A stretch of 64,000 nucleotides of DNA from the NCBI RefSeq assembly GCF_009914755.1, contig NC_060944.1. The stretch is one strand, 5' to 3'. The stretch is from the human T2T-CHM13v2.0 reference genome, Homo sapiens. Under the pieces are notes generated by a model. It searched no databases and was not told where the DNA came from. It saw nothing but the letters and a program-made list of their open reading frames with translations. Made by a program: the position numbers and the translations under genes. This document shows, piece by piece, positions 28,151 to 43,507 of this stretch (positions within the stretch are counted from its first letter, which is position 1; the number at the start of each line of letters is the position of its first letter).

Positions 28151-28459
28151 TGCAGTGACTCACGGGGGACCATTCTCTTCATCTATAGCCTGAACATCCC
28201 CTTCTTAAATTCCTTATCACACTGTTTCATAGTTTTCTGTTTCACTGTCTTTTCCCTCTTGTCAGTCTGGCTTCTTAGTTGCAAATAACAGAATCTACTC
28301 TAGCACTTAAGCAGGAAGAGAACTAAAGGAGATTACGTAGCTCACAGCATCTGCAGGAGTATCAGAGTCAGCCTGGGAACTATGCAACCAGGAATAAAGC
28401 TACAGTTTCACTGAATACCACAGCCTTTGCTGCCCCTGAAAGCCATACATCCTCCATAG

Positions 28460-28820
<361 letters not shown>

Positions 28821-28984
28821 ATTTGCTCACTTCTCAATTGAAATATCACATGGTGCTATCTGATTGGTGGAGTCTGTGTCACGTGATGAGGCCCCAGCCA
28901 CAAGGAATGCTGAGAGAACACGCCGTGCTGAGAGAATAATGTTGGGTTTTTTTGGGGTTTTTTTTTGTTTGTTTTTGTTTTGTT

Positions 28985-30745
<1,761 letters not shown>

Positions 30746-31689
30746 TTTCTGGTACCCTCGATGTATGTACCTACCAAGAAGGCCCAGGGGAAGCAGAGGG
30801 AGGAATCTCTTTTTCTAAACATTATACAGCCAATGCCTTTGCAGTGGTGTCAACTCAGAACCTTGTGCATTGCAATATGGGAACCTGGAATGAGAGCCTC
30901 CAGTGACGCCCAGCACTGCCGGTGGAACCAGCACCTGTTTGAGATTCACAGCCACCTGCAGGCACTGTTATGTCTGTGGTTAGAGTTCTCAGAGTGAGAC
31001 AGGAGTGGTGGGTGGCCACCACAGTTTTGGATGCTGTTGTACCTTGGAAGTTTAATCACTCTGTGTTTACAACCTCTTTTCACCATGGAGACCATTTGAC
31101 ACCCTGGGAACTGACCTTTTAAAATGGCATGTGGTGCGTGCACAAGAGGAAAAGTAGAGAATTTAGCTGTAAATGCAATGTTTTAAAAAGAAGCACTTTT
31201 ATACTCTCCACTGCTGTGTAATTGTGGGATGGCCTGGAGGGGAAGGGGAAACATTGCAAGATTCAAATGTTAACAGATGCATGAAGGACCTGCAACATTG
31301 CAAGAAGGACTTACACAGGCAATTGGGACCAAGGTCATTCCTGAAGGAGTGAGGGTAAATTCTGCATCTTGGCATCTGGCCGTCTCATAATTATTGGTAT
31401 TCTTCTGGAGTTTGAGCCTCAACAAGGGTGTAGAGGGCTACAGGCAGGGGAGAGGACATTACCAAGGTACTCATTTATATTTGATCACCAAGAATAGCCT
31501 ACTGATTCTAATTGAATATAATCGGAGACAGTCAAGCTGGCTGGCTGAAAGCTAGCCGACTGTCTACCTTCAGAGCTGTGGGATGATGGGAGGAAGAGGC
31601 GTGAGGGTTGGGAGGACAGGGTGGAGAAGAAAGGCTTTGTCAGCTCAAGCTTTGCTCTGTCCCTTGTTGTGTTGGCAGCAAAAACAAGG

Positions 31690-31830
31690 GTCAGACAGGC
31701 CTGAATTCAAATCCCACCTTAGCTGAGTGACTTAGCCATTCTCTGTCTCAGCTTCCTTATCTATAAAATGGGGATAATAGCCTATAATTAGAGCATGGTT
31801 GTGAGGATTAAGTAAGCTAATCCATGTGAG
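31690..31830 (+). mobile_element. MIR
   Basis: ctcagcttccttatctataaaatggggataatag. Confidence 0.85.
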
Positions 31831-31849
31831 TTAGCTCCCTTGTGTCCTT

Positions 31850-31995
31850 CCTACTCAAAATGTGGTACATAGACCAGCAGCATCAGCTTCACCCTGGAGC
31901 TTGTCGGAAATGCAGAATCTCATTCCTTCTCAGCATCTGCATGGCAGCGAGATCACAGGTGATTCCAATGCATGTTGCAGTTTGAAATGTACTGT
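31850..31995. mobile_element. MER5-family (hAT-Charlie)
   Basis: ctcaaaatgtggtacatagaccagcagcatcagc...gaaatgcagaatctc. Confidence 0.8.
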
Positions 31996-33166
31996 GTTAT
32001 GCCACCTTCATCCTTCCACATTGAGCCCATTACATTTTTGAGACAATTGGATTTTCTGTGGTCCTTTTCTAACATTCTCTGAGTGTGTTCCCTCCACCCA
32101 TATAAAACAATACTCAAAACACAGAGCAGTTTCAGGATGGCACTTTCTTATAGCTTTGAGAAGCTCTGACTTCTGTCTGGAGTATTAAGATTTCATCCAC
32201 TCCCCACCCACCCAAACACTGAAACAGTCAGGATCACTTCATACATCTGTTAATATTTGTGAATAAATAGCCTTTGGCAACTTAGATCTTATTTTTTAAA
32301 TGTACTTAAGGGAGTCCGTCATTTAAAGAAACCCTATGGTGAACACTTCTGCAAAGCAAATAATCACCAACTAATTTATTTTACAAGCTCAATTTTTTGC
32401 CGATTATGATTTCAGAACAAAGCAGATTGAGCTGTTGGAAGCTTTAGCTCTTAATTAGCAATATTAAGAATAATAAATTTTTTTTTGGTGTGGGTAAAAT
32501 AGGTTGCTTTTTCCAGTGTTGGTGGGGCATCAGAATCACCTGTGGAGCTTTATTTTTGTTTTTTTTACTTTGTAAGTACATAAATCTTAAGTGTATTAAT
32601 GATTTTTACATATGTATACATCTATATAGATCAAGATATAGAACATTTTAGCACTCCTGAAAGCTCCTGCATGTCCCTTCCTGGTCAATAATACCTCCCC
32701 AGAGGGTAGCCTCTTTCTGACTTCTGTTGCATAGACTAATTTTTTTTCTGTTCTTGCATTTCATAACAAAATCATACAGTAAGTATTTTTTCATTTCTGG
32801 CTTTTTTCATCCACCACGTTTCTGTGATTCACCCATGTGGTTGCATGTTATAGCATAGTTTGTGTAATATTCTACTCTATGCAAATATAACACTGTCTAT
32901 TCCTCTGTAGTTGGACATTTGGGTTGTTTACAGTTTCATGCTATTACAAATAGTGTTGCTATGAACATTATTTTACATGTTTTGGTGAACTTAAGTATGT
33001 GTAAATACTCAACTTGAGTACATATCTAGGAATGGACATCCTGGATCACAGGGTTTGTTTATGCTCAGCTTTCTTTCTGTCTTTCTGTCTTCCTTTCTGT
33101 CTTTTTCCTTCTTCCTTCATTCCCTCCCTTCATACATATACACAGGGTATATATATATATCTATCT

Positions 33167-33535
33167 CATATGGTTCGGCTGTGTCCCCACCCAAATCTCA
33201 TTGTGAATTATAGTTACCATAATCCCCATATGTTGTGGGAGGGACCCGGTAGGAGGTAACTGAGTCATGGGGGTGGTTACCCTTATGCTGTTCTCATGAT
33301 AGTGAGTGAGTTCTCACGAGATCTGATGGTTTTATAAGGGGCTTTTACCCCTGCTTCGCTCTGCACTTCTCCTTGCTGCCGCCATGTGAAGAATGTTTCC
33401 TTCCCCTTCCACCATGATTGTAAGTTTCCTGAGGCCTCCCAGCCATGCTGAACTGTGAGTCAATTAAACTTCTTTCCTTTATAAATTACCCAGTCTCGGG
33501 TATATCTTTAATAGCAGCATGAGAATGGACTAATA
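33167..33535 (+). mobile_element. THE1 (C/D-like) solo LTR
   Basis: atatggttcggctgtgtccccacccaaatctca...gcagcatgagaatggactaatac. Confidence 0.93.
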
Positions 33536-33667
33536 CTCTCTCTCTCTCTCTCTCTCTATCTATATATGTGTATGTGTGTATATATCTAATATATATATAA
33601 ATTATATATATATAAATTATATATATATATAAATTATATATATATAAATTATATATATATATATAAT
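33536..33667. repeat. (CT)n plus (TA)n/TATAAAT compound microsatellite
   Basis: Read directly from the sequence. Confidence 0.95.
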
Positions 33668-33969
<302 letters not shown>

Positions 33970-34584
33970 TAAACAGTTGCCCAGAGCAGCTGTACCTGTT
34001 TATAGCTCAGCAGTCATACGACAATTCCTGTTGCCACATGCAGAGTATTTTATGGTTACAAGTTCCTGGACTCTTCCTAGAACCTATAAACTTGGATTCC
34101 CTTAGAGGTTAGGACTTGGGAAACTGTATTTTCCTATCAAACCTCAGTGGTTTTGCAGATAAATTGAATATGACAGTCTCAAATCACCCAACAGCCATCT
34201 AAAATATGCTAATTACCCACCAAAATAAAATAAAAAGTTCACCTTAATGAACTTACCTGGAATTTTATAACCTGGAGAGGAGATGTATGTCTGTGTTTTA
34301 TGCTTTATTTAGTGTTCTTAAGCTGACACATATTGAGGAAGGTGTACCACAGTTTGTCAGTGTTAGGTCTTCCGAATGGCTTCATCAGGCCCCGAACTAG
34401 TATTTTAAGGGGCACTGGGAGGGTCCCCCCACTTTCTGCTCCCTAATTTAGCTTCGTAGCACAGGAGATTCTTTCCTTTGGATTAGCCCAGCCCCTCTGA
34501 GCTCTTAAAGTGTAAACACCTTTTCAAAGGATAGCAAATAGCCTGTGCTATCACGAACACAGGTGTTTGCAACAGTTTCTAAAA

Positions 34585-34790
34585 CAGCTGTTCTCAAGCC
34601 CTTAAGGCAATTGTGTGTTTGTTGAGAGTGGGAGAGGGAGGGAGGTTATTTTTGCTTGTTACAATGAGGGAGATGCTGCTGGCATTTAGAGGCAGGGATT
34701 AGGGACACTCAACAGGCTACCTTGAAAGAAGCAGCCCTGTGTGGCAAAATTCTGTCCTGTCCCAAATGCAATCAGTGCCTTCCCTAAGAA
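34585..34790. mobile_element. MER20-like (hAT-Charlie)
   Basis: gctgctggcatttagaggcaggga...aaattctgtcctgtcccaaatg. Confidence 0.65.
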
Positions 34791-34824
34791 ACTTCCGTTT
34801 TCCTCTGGTGGTGGAAGGGAATAG

Positions 34825-35070
34825 CTAGTTGCTAGATTCTGAGCTGTGGAGCCATGAAGCTCGGGCCCAAACTTGATTTTACCATTTAGTAGCTGCATGA
34901 CAAGTAACAACTTCTCCAACTTCTCTGTGCCTCAGTTTCTTCATCTGTAAAGTGGGGGAAATAATACAGCTTACCTCCTAGGGGGATTATGAAGACTAAA
35001 GCAGTGGTAACACAGGTAAAGAGCTCAGACAGTATCAATAAATGTTAGCCCTATCATTATTATTATTATT
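34825..35070 (+). mobile_element. MIR
   Basis: ctctgtgcctcagtttcttcatctgtaaagtgggg. Confidence 0.9.
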
Positions 35071-35534
35071 ACCAGCCTGTAAGTATAAAAGAATATGGTC
35101 CAAGATGACACTGAGGGGAAAAAAGAGAAGAAAGATGACTTAGAGTCCTCTTAATCAAAGTTTAATTTTCAAAAAGCTAAAGATATGTTTTTTATGCAAA
35201 CATATAGTGATCATGTGTCAGATTTATTTGACTCATTAGTGAACTAGCAGACTCACTGGCTTAAATCAGGATGTGAGAGAATGAAGTGTATATATATAGT
35301 CAGTGAAAAAATATTGGAATAAAATTGCAAAGTTAAATACTTGTCCAATAGACACCTGGTTAATGTCCTATAGAACACTAAACCATAGTGTTTAGGTTAT
35401 CTTTCCTACTGGGCAGAAATCATATGTGTCACTATGAATAAAAGTTATTTGCAAACTTATCTACATTCGAACTTTTCAGAACCTTGGCTTCAATCAAGAC
35501 AAAGCAGGAAGTCAAAGCTACTTTTCTCCTGGAG

Positions 35535-35720
35535 CTGTGGTTCTCCAATTTCAGGGAGTATCAGAACCCCCTGAAAGGCTTGTTAAACAGTTTGTTGGGC
35601 CCCTCCTACAGAATTTCTGATTAAGTAAGTCTGAGATGGCGCCCAAGAATTTGCATTTCCAGCAAATTCCCAGGGTATGCTGATGCTGTTGGTACAGGGA
35701 CCACGCTTTGAAAACCACTG
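35535..35720. mobile_element. MER5A
   Basis: Terminal inverted repeats ctgtggttctc.../...gaaaaccactg; aagaatttgcatttccagcaaattccc. Confidence 0.88.
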
Positions 35721-36762
35721 TCCCAGAGCAGTGGGTAATCCTTAGGCAGAATTGTTCTTGTATGATTTTAAAAGAGCAAACAGAAATTGCCTTATATCTA
35801 AGTTGTTGATCATTTTCCTATATGCCTCCTCACCTTCAAGATGCAATTTATTTCTTGACTGATTGGCCAGTTTGGGGTAAGGTGGGGGATTTTGGTATCC
35901 CCACTTCTCAGCAACCCCAGTGCTCTGATTTCTATGATAGTCTTGGATAAAGGGGTAATTAGTTGAGACATGTCTGTTTTCATATGTTTTCAGTGTATTT
36001 TTCATGCAACAAAACAGCTGGTTTTAACATATATTAGTCCTTAGGCAAAAGAAAAAGAAAAAAGGAACATTTAAGCCTCTGAATGGGCTTCTCTATAAAA
36101 CCGCCTTCCTGAAACACAGGCTCCTAGCTCACCCAGCCCCTCATGGAAGTCATGACCAGGTTATCCTGATTCTCTGATGAAACATTAAAAATTGGTTGTT
36201 TCTCTGTTTCTCTTTCTGAGCCCCAAGAGAAGCAGGCAGGCTGGGAAACCCAAACAGACCTAGAGGCTGAGTCGAGGGCACTGACATCTCAAGGAGGCAG
36301 CCCAGGATCATTAACTCTCTTTTGAAAATGTAGATGAAAAACAAAGTCCTGTGACCATAAAGGAAGTCTTTTCTTCTCAGTTTTCTGAACAAAAATCATT
36401 TCAGTGTCTAAAGGTTTTTAAAAGATTTTTCCCATTGCTTTATCTTTAAATACCTTCCTGCTGCAAGTGACCTGTTAATTTTCCACAATGTCTATTTCTC
36501 CCCATAACTAGAAAGCCTACTTTCCTCCTGTACATCTTCCCAGAGATATTTTCATCTAAATTGATGGTTCCTGTCATAGTAGGCCCAGTGCTCACGTTTA
36601 TAACATATTTCATAATGTATGTTTTATCATCGTGATAGAATTAACAGCTAATAAGACCTACCTATACATACAATTTCAGGGAAGTGTATGTGTGTACATT
36701 TGCCCTGAGTGTAATGTATAGGAGAAATAAAACGAGATGGATTTCTCGTTTTACACATATAA

Positions 36763-37097
<335 letters not shown>

Positions 37098-37679
37098 TCT
37101 AGTAAAATATATATGTCACTGAACAAATGTTCCTGTAAAACTCTGAGAGAAGATAAAAAGCAGTACTCCTGCTGACACCCATCCATAACACTGGAAAAAC
37201 AAGACAACAGCTATGAATGCAGAAAGATCCAGATGTGTAGCAGTGGCCACTCAGCACCACTGGCATTTCTCTAGGTGATGGGATTTTGCAAAATGGTGAA
37301 TATTGCTTCTTAAAAGTTTAAAACAGAGAAATGCAGTCCCCTCAATTTATATTTACATGGTAGTTACATCCCTGGAAAATCCAGGATTTGTTCAAGTCTT
37401 GCAAAAAATACTTTTTACAATATATAAACCAGAGTTAAGTTCTAGCAGTTAATTTCAAACAGGTTTTTCACCTACATGAATGTCAGGTGCAACATTGCAG
37501 ACTTGTGTGGGACTTGGGACAATGCTTTATTGCTTACTGCAGGCCATATAACATCCTTGTTACCCCAATCACCAGTAGAGTTTCCCCACAATTTGGTATT
37601 TGATACCTTTCTAGGTTTCCAGAATGCTGATTCATGCTGTGGATGGGGAGTAGATGCGAGTAGAGAACAAAAATAGAGG

Positions 37680-38130
37680 TGGGGGCCATTGAGCTGCCGT
37701 AGTCACTGAGGTGAGATGTAATGATGGCTGGAACTAGGATAGGAACCACAGAGGATTAGGGAGAATACATAGATCCTGGAAATAGCACCTAGAGATGTCA
37801 TGGACACCTTTCAGGTTCTACCTGGCATAACTGGGTGACCCCATTTATTGCTATGGGGAAGACTGAAGGAAAATCAGGTATGGGCAGAAATGTCAATAAA
37901 TCAACCTTGGACATATTAAGTTTGAGATGACTGTAAGAGATCAAAGTAGAAATGTCCAAAATGTACTTGGATTTGTGAGTCTGGGCTTAGAAAGTAGATA
38001 TAGACATAGACACAGAGACCCAACATGAAGCTTTAGGAATGGATGAGGTCTCCTGGAAAGAGGGTACAGAGGGCTAGAAGAAGAAGGCAGGCCTGAGGCA
38101 TATAGAATCCTGGCATCTAGAGGTCAGGCA
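37680..38130 (-). mobile_element. L2 fragment
   Basis: ttggacatattaagtttgagatg...tttgtgagtctgggcttag. Confidence 0.7.
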
Positions 38131-38704
38131 GGGTGAGAGGGCCCACTGGTCCTCCCCACTGCCATTTATATACATCACATCCCCTGACTCAGTGGTAAAG
38201 TCTTGGATGCAGGTCTGTGATGAATACATCACTGTGGCTTGTCAAGGACCAGTGTATTCTCCTGGCAGATGGTAAGGGCTCAATGTGTATTGGTTGATTG
38301 GCTGTCTAGAGTTGCATGTTGATAACATTTAGCATTTTTGCATTGTATTTGAAAACAAGATAAAGCCAATCTGTGTGTGCCATTTGTTTCCCCAGCCCTG
38401 AAGACATTCAGAAATCCTGAGTAAGAAGCTGATGGACTGGGACTCAGTTGGAGTTCTTCCAAATTGAGATGCCAGAGGGAGCAGTGGCTGGGGTCACTGG
38501 GCACTGGCTGGCATGAAAAGCCCATAATTAACTTGTTTTGTTTCATACCTCATGGGGAGGAAATGCTGTCTATTTTAATTTCATGAGCCCGCAACATTGT
38601 AAGATTTCAAAAAGGAAAAGAAATCTTTTATTTTGGGGCCTCAAAGGTCTAGGTCACTAACTTAATGGGGTATTATGAGATTCTATTATAGCAAATGACT
38701 AAGT

Positions 38705-39090
38705 CAACTATTGTCACAATGCTACTGCATAATAAACCCTTCCAAAATTTGGTGACTTATAGGAATGAATATTTATTCTTGCTCAGGTGTCTGTGGGTTG
38801 CCTGACCAAGGCTATGTTCTTTTGGCCTTGGCTCCAAGCTGCTTTCTTTTTGAACCAGCAGCTACTTGGAAGTTTATATGTCACAGCAATGGCAAAAATC
38901 CAGAAACAGAAGGCTAACTGCTCTGGCCTCTGCCTGTGTTCCATCTGCCCAAGTCCTACTGGCTGAAACAGGGCACATGGCTAAGCCCAAGGTCAAAGGG
39001 TGGGAAAATACCCTCCTCTTCAAGTGGAGGGACAGCAAAGTCACATGGACAGAGGGAATGGTGATGAACTGAGAACCATAATGTAATCTA
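38705..39090. mobile_element. MLT1 LTR fragment
   Basis: cacatggctaagcccaaggtcaaagggtggg...gcaaagtcacatgg. Confidence 0.7.
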
Positions 39091-39467
39091 CAGAAGAAGG
39101 CATAACACTTTCTCATGCCTACTAGGACCAAGCAAAGCATGATACACAAGTAAAGATGCTGGATCAGATTGATGCAGAGATATTTTGAGTTCATAAAAAT
39201 ACAGGCATGTTTATCACAATCACGAGACTTATAAAATGTACCCCATTTTCTGGAAATATTTGGCCCACAATCTTACATTTTCCCACTTCTGATGAAGACA
39301 TGGATGCAGAGAATGACCTCTCTACCTTAAGAATACGAAGAGTATTGACAATGGGCAGAGCTAGAGAGGCAATAAGGAGTAGCAAGAGGGGTGGCAAAGC
39401 AGAAACCAAAATACCTTGTCTGAAAGGTACAGCTATCCCTTGATTTCAGCCCATTCTTGTCAGATGG

Positions 39468-40959
39468 TATATTAGTCCATTCTCACACTGCTATAAAGAA
39501 CTCCCTAAAACTGGGTAATTTATAAATAAAAGACGTTTAATTGACTTGCAGTTTCACAGGCTGCACAGAAAGCATGACTGAGAGACCACAGGAAACTTAC
39601 AATCAGGGCAGAAGGTGAAGGGGAAGCAGGCACATCTCCTTGGCAGGAGCAGGAGGAAGAGAGAGTGAAAGGGGAAGTGCTATACACTTTTAAATAGCCA
39701 GGTCTTGTGAAAACTGTATCCTGAGACAGTACTAGGAGATAGGGCTAAACTATTAGAAACCACCTCCATGATCCAGTCCTCTACCAGACCCTACCTCCAA
39801 TACGCGGGATTACAATTCAACATGAGATGTGGGTGGGGACAGAGAGTCAAACCATATCATTCCACCCCTGGCTCCTCCCATATCTCATGTCCTTCTCACA
39901 TTTCAAAGCACAAGTATGCCTTCCCAAAAGTTCCCCAAAGACTTAACTCATTTCGGCATTAACTCAAAAGTCCAAGTCCAGCGTCTCATCTGAGACGAGG
40001 CAAGGTGAAAAGGACTTTGACTACATGTCTTGCATCTTCTCACAGCTCCACTAGGCAGTTCCTCAGTGGGGACTCTGTGTGAGGACTCCAACCCCACATT
40101 TCCCTTCCTCATTGCCCTAGTAGAAGTTCTCATGAGGGCTACACCCCTGCAGCAGACTTCTGCCTGGACATCTAGGCATTTCCATACATCCTCTGAAATC
40201 TAGGTGGAGGCTCCCAAGCCTCAACTCTTGCCCTCTGCACACTCACAGGCTTAACACCACATGGAAGTTGCAAAGGCTTAGGGCTTGTAGCCTCTGGAGC
40301 AGCAGCCTGAGCTGTACCTTGGCTCCTTTTAGCCATGGCTGGAGCTGAAGTGGCCATGATGCAGGATACCATGTCCTGAGGCTACCCACAGTAGCAGGGC
40401 CCTGGTCCTGCCCCAGGAAACCATGTCTTCCCCCAGGCCTCCAAGCCTGTGATGGGAGGGGCTGCCTCAAAGGTCTCTGACATGCCCTGGAGGCATTTCC
40501 CCTATTGTCTTGGCTGTTAACATTCAGCATCTTATATGGTACTTTTCTCCCATAGCCAGGATTCATGGGTCCAGGAATCAAGGGGTAGAAATGGAAGTGG
40601 CCCCACTCACCATCACCCCAAGGAACCCACTAGCAAAATTTTTGCTGCTTGTTACCACGACATTATGTTCTGCTGGCCTAGAGGTCTTAGTTCCAGAGGG
40701 AGGAATGCTGCCACCAGGAGACACAACAATGATTCCATTCAACTGGAAGTTAAGATTGCTGCCTAGCCACTTTGGGCTCTTCCTGCCTCTAAGTCAACAG
40801 GCTAAGAGGGGACTTACAGTGTTGGCTGGGGTAATTGACCTGGACTATCAAGATGAAATCTGATGACTACGCCACTCCTGGTACCAATCTTCTGTATTAA
40901 TCCCTTCTCACACTGTTATTAGTCTATTCTCACACTGGTATAAAGAACTACTCATATCA
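39468..40959 (-). mobile_element. MST-type MaLR provirus: 3' LTR 39468-39859, internal region, collapsed 5' LTR 40893-40959
   Basis: Both LTRs end in catatca on the + strand; PPT complement ttccacccctgg; ccactcctggtaccaat internal/LTR junction; 5-bp TSD GATGG at 39463-39467 and 40960-40964. Confidence 0.92.
40532..40863 (+). pseudogene. ERV-L (HERV-L-like) integrase C-terminus/dUTPase fragment
   Basis: ORF 40510-40863: SPIARIHGSRNQGVE...GLEVLVPEGGMLPPGDT...WKLRL...GLTVLAGVIDLDYQDEI, containing dUTPase motif 3 (GVIDxDY); truncated after it. Confidence 0.88.
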
Positions 40960-42616
40960 GATGGGAACACAGGCTCAGCATAACATGGACTTTGAGATGT
41001 CAATAGAGGCTAAAAATTCAGATTTTTATGTGAAATTTTCTAACTTTAAAATGTTGAACAAACAAAATCCATTGACAGGTAGGAAATGAACTATAGGCCA
41101 GCCACCACACTATAATGTCTGTTCTCTAAGTTTGGATTTCTGAGGTTGGCAGAACTTTTCTTTTCTACTCCCAAGTGGCCACCAAAGGGGCAGTGGTTTC
41201 TGGATATGTCTTTGAGAGGCTAACAGCCAGTTTCCTTATGAGGAGTGAGGTCAATAAATTCAAAGATGCTAGAATGCTTTCCTCCTAATTCTCCTGCTTC
41301 CATAAAAATCCAATTCAATTTAAACTGCAAGGCATAGTGAGTTGTAATTACTATATTTATAAAAATTATATATAATTAGAACAGGGTTTCAGGAACCAGG
41401 CCAATTCTCCCCCAGAATGTACATTGAAAAGCACATTTTAAAGAACAAAAGATGCTCTTGGGTAGGGCTATCATGTGACATCTCCCAGGCCATTTTGGTC
41501 ACTTGTTTTTAGCGGGCTAAGTATAAGTTCTTCCTGAGCTCTTTGGACTCAAACCATTATAAGAACATTAAAATTTCTTTCTGGAGATTATAGGTAGAAT
41601 AATTGTATTTCCTGAACAAAAAGTCAGGGCATGTGGTTAGCTGAGAATCTGCATGCCCCTTACACATCCAGAAGGCAGTGTGAGGTTGGAGACTGACAAA
41701 GGTGGATTTGGAAATGAGAGGGAGACAGAAATGACTGCTGGTGGTGGGATGGCCAGGTTACTTCTGAGTCCCCAGGTCCTCTCCAGGTATGTGACCTCTT
41801 TGAGAGAGGCAGGGAACAAAGCCCTGCTAGTGGAGGGATCAGGTGGCTTTGGTTTCCAGTTCCTCTCTGGTAACTCAGTTGCCAGGTGAGATGCAAGGGA
41901 CCAGATACCCAAAGGGCCACCTTCTCCTCAAACCCGAATCTCAGGGCTTATCAGTTTCCATGCAAGAGGGAGCCCACAGAACTTTCACCCAGGCCAGCAC
42001 ATCTGGAGCCAGAAATCACACTGCCTGAAGCTGAGCCTGCTCAAGGCTTCAAATGAGACCCTGCCTGCAGCCAGCTGTGTATCTCACCTATCTACCCTGG
42101 CCCCAGCAATCCATAGTTTGGCTTGCTAGTCCCTGGACAGAAGGTGGCCTCACATGCTTTGAGACCTTTGCATGGTTTGTGTCCTCTGCTGGGGATGCCA
42201 TCACCTCCTTTGCCCATTTATCAAGATCCAGTCATCACATTGTCTGGGGTCTTTCTCTGATGCCCACCCCATGCAGAATCCAGCACTCACTCTTCTGGGT
42301 GTATACAACATGGCACCTCTTGCGGGATGTTGCAATAACTTTTTTAAGGTCAGATGCTCCAAACAGCAATGGCTTGAGCTAGGTACACTCATTTTCTCTC
42401 AAATCACAGGAGTAAGTAGTCCAGGGCTGGTCTGGAGTCCCTAGTGCCAAGGAAGCAGGCACTTGCTAGTCCATTGCTCCACCATTCCTAGGGGTTGCCC
42501 TTATCTGTATGGACCCAGACACCATTGCCAAGTCAGAAACTCCAGCCAGTGGGATGGGGAAAGGGGAGAAAAAGAGGGCTTGCCTCTTTCCTTTAAGGAC
42601 ATGGCAGGAAGCTGTA

Positions 42617-42815
42617 CTCATTCATTCGTTCAACATATATTCATGGGGTGTTTTTCACATGCTAGAAACTGTTTTAGATACTGGGGATGTGACAATGAAC
42701 AGGACTTACAAAAATCCCTGCCACTGTGGAGTGTCCTATGGGAGGTGAGGGGACCGAGAGACGTTAATCAAATAGGGAAATACAACGCGTATTCCAGGTG
42801 GTGTGAAAACTGCTG
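42617..42815 (-). mobile_element. L2 3' end
   Basis: ctcattcattcgttcaacatatattc...atgaacaggac. Confidence 0.8.
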
Positions 42816-42819
42816 AAAA

Positions 42820-43460
42820 AGAGGAAACTTACATCTTAGGGAACTTCCGGCGCAGGGAGGGTGCTCGGGCTGTGGGGGGACTTTTTGCATTTAATTAAAG
42901 AGTATGGATTGTCATTGCTGGTTAGCAGGAGGGTGCAAGGTTTAGCGAGGGTGTGACTGACAACCCAGGAGCGCCATGCTCCATCCGTCCTGCAGGTGGC
43001 GCGCCTGAGCCTGTGCACGGCAGCCTCTCCGGAAGGTGAAGCACGCTGCCGCAATTGGGGGCCTGCCTGGGGCTCTGAAAGCCCATTACGCTGTTCTCCT
43101 TGGGGTCCTCTTGGTGGCATGGACCCACCTCCCCCAACCCCCACCCAAAGCCTAGGTAGTTCTTGTGGAAGGTGCATTTCATCTTCAACAAGAGAAGATC
43201 CGTTTTTCCCGAAGTCTCTATTTCATCTATTTTTCAGGAGCGGAGGCTCATTTCTCCTTCCTTGGATTTAAGACGCTCTTGTTACTTCTTTTTTATTGCT
43301 TCATTTGAAATTGCAGACAGTTCCGACTTTTTGTTTTTGTGTTCCCAGGTTTTACGGAACACTCTCTGGCTGCGTTACAAAGCTCTCCCAGTTTCTCTCT
43401 CCCACCACCAGCCCCGCTGCCCCACGACACCGCCTGCCCTAGACTATAAAATGGCAATCA
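42820..43460. promoter_or_regulatory. CpG-enriched unique island; candidate insulator, enhancer or promoter
   Basis: Locally raised CpG; ETS ACTTCCGG 42843-42850 and CCGGAAG 43029-43035; CTCF motif; function not demonstrable from sequence. Confidence 0.55.
42989..43002 (+). promoter_or_regulatory. CTCF core motif
   Basis: CCTGCAGGTGGCGC, one deviation from CCASYAGRKGGCRS. Confidence 0.65.
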
Positions 43461-43507
43461 TAATCCATACCTCATGATGCCCAAACAAGATAATGTCTAC
43501 AATAAGT

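Noticed and set aside
37330-37500. Possible Tigger-like DNA transposon relic (similar motif at ~20035-20110)
   Set aside because: Similarity too weak to assign family or boundaries.
40510-40863. Functional dUTPase gene
   Set aside because: TTG start lies in MaLR sequence and the frame stops right after motif 3; recorded as a pseudogene fragment.
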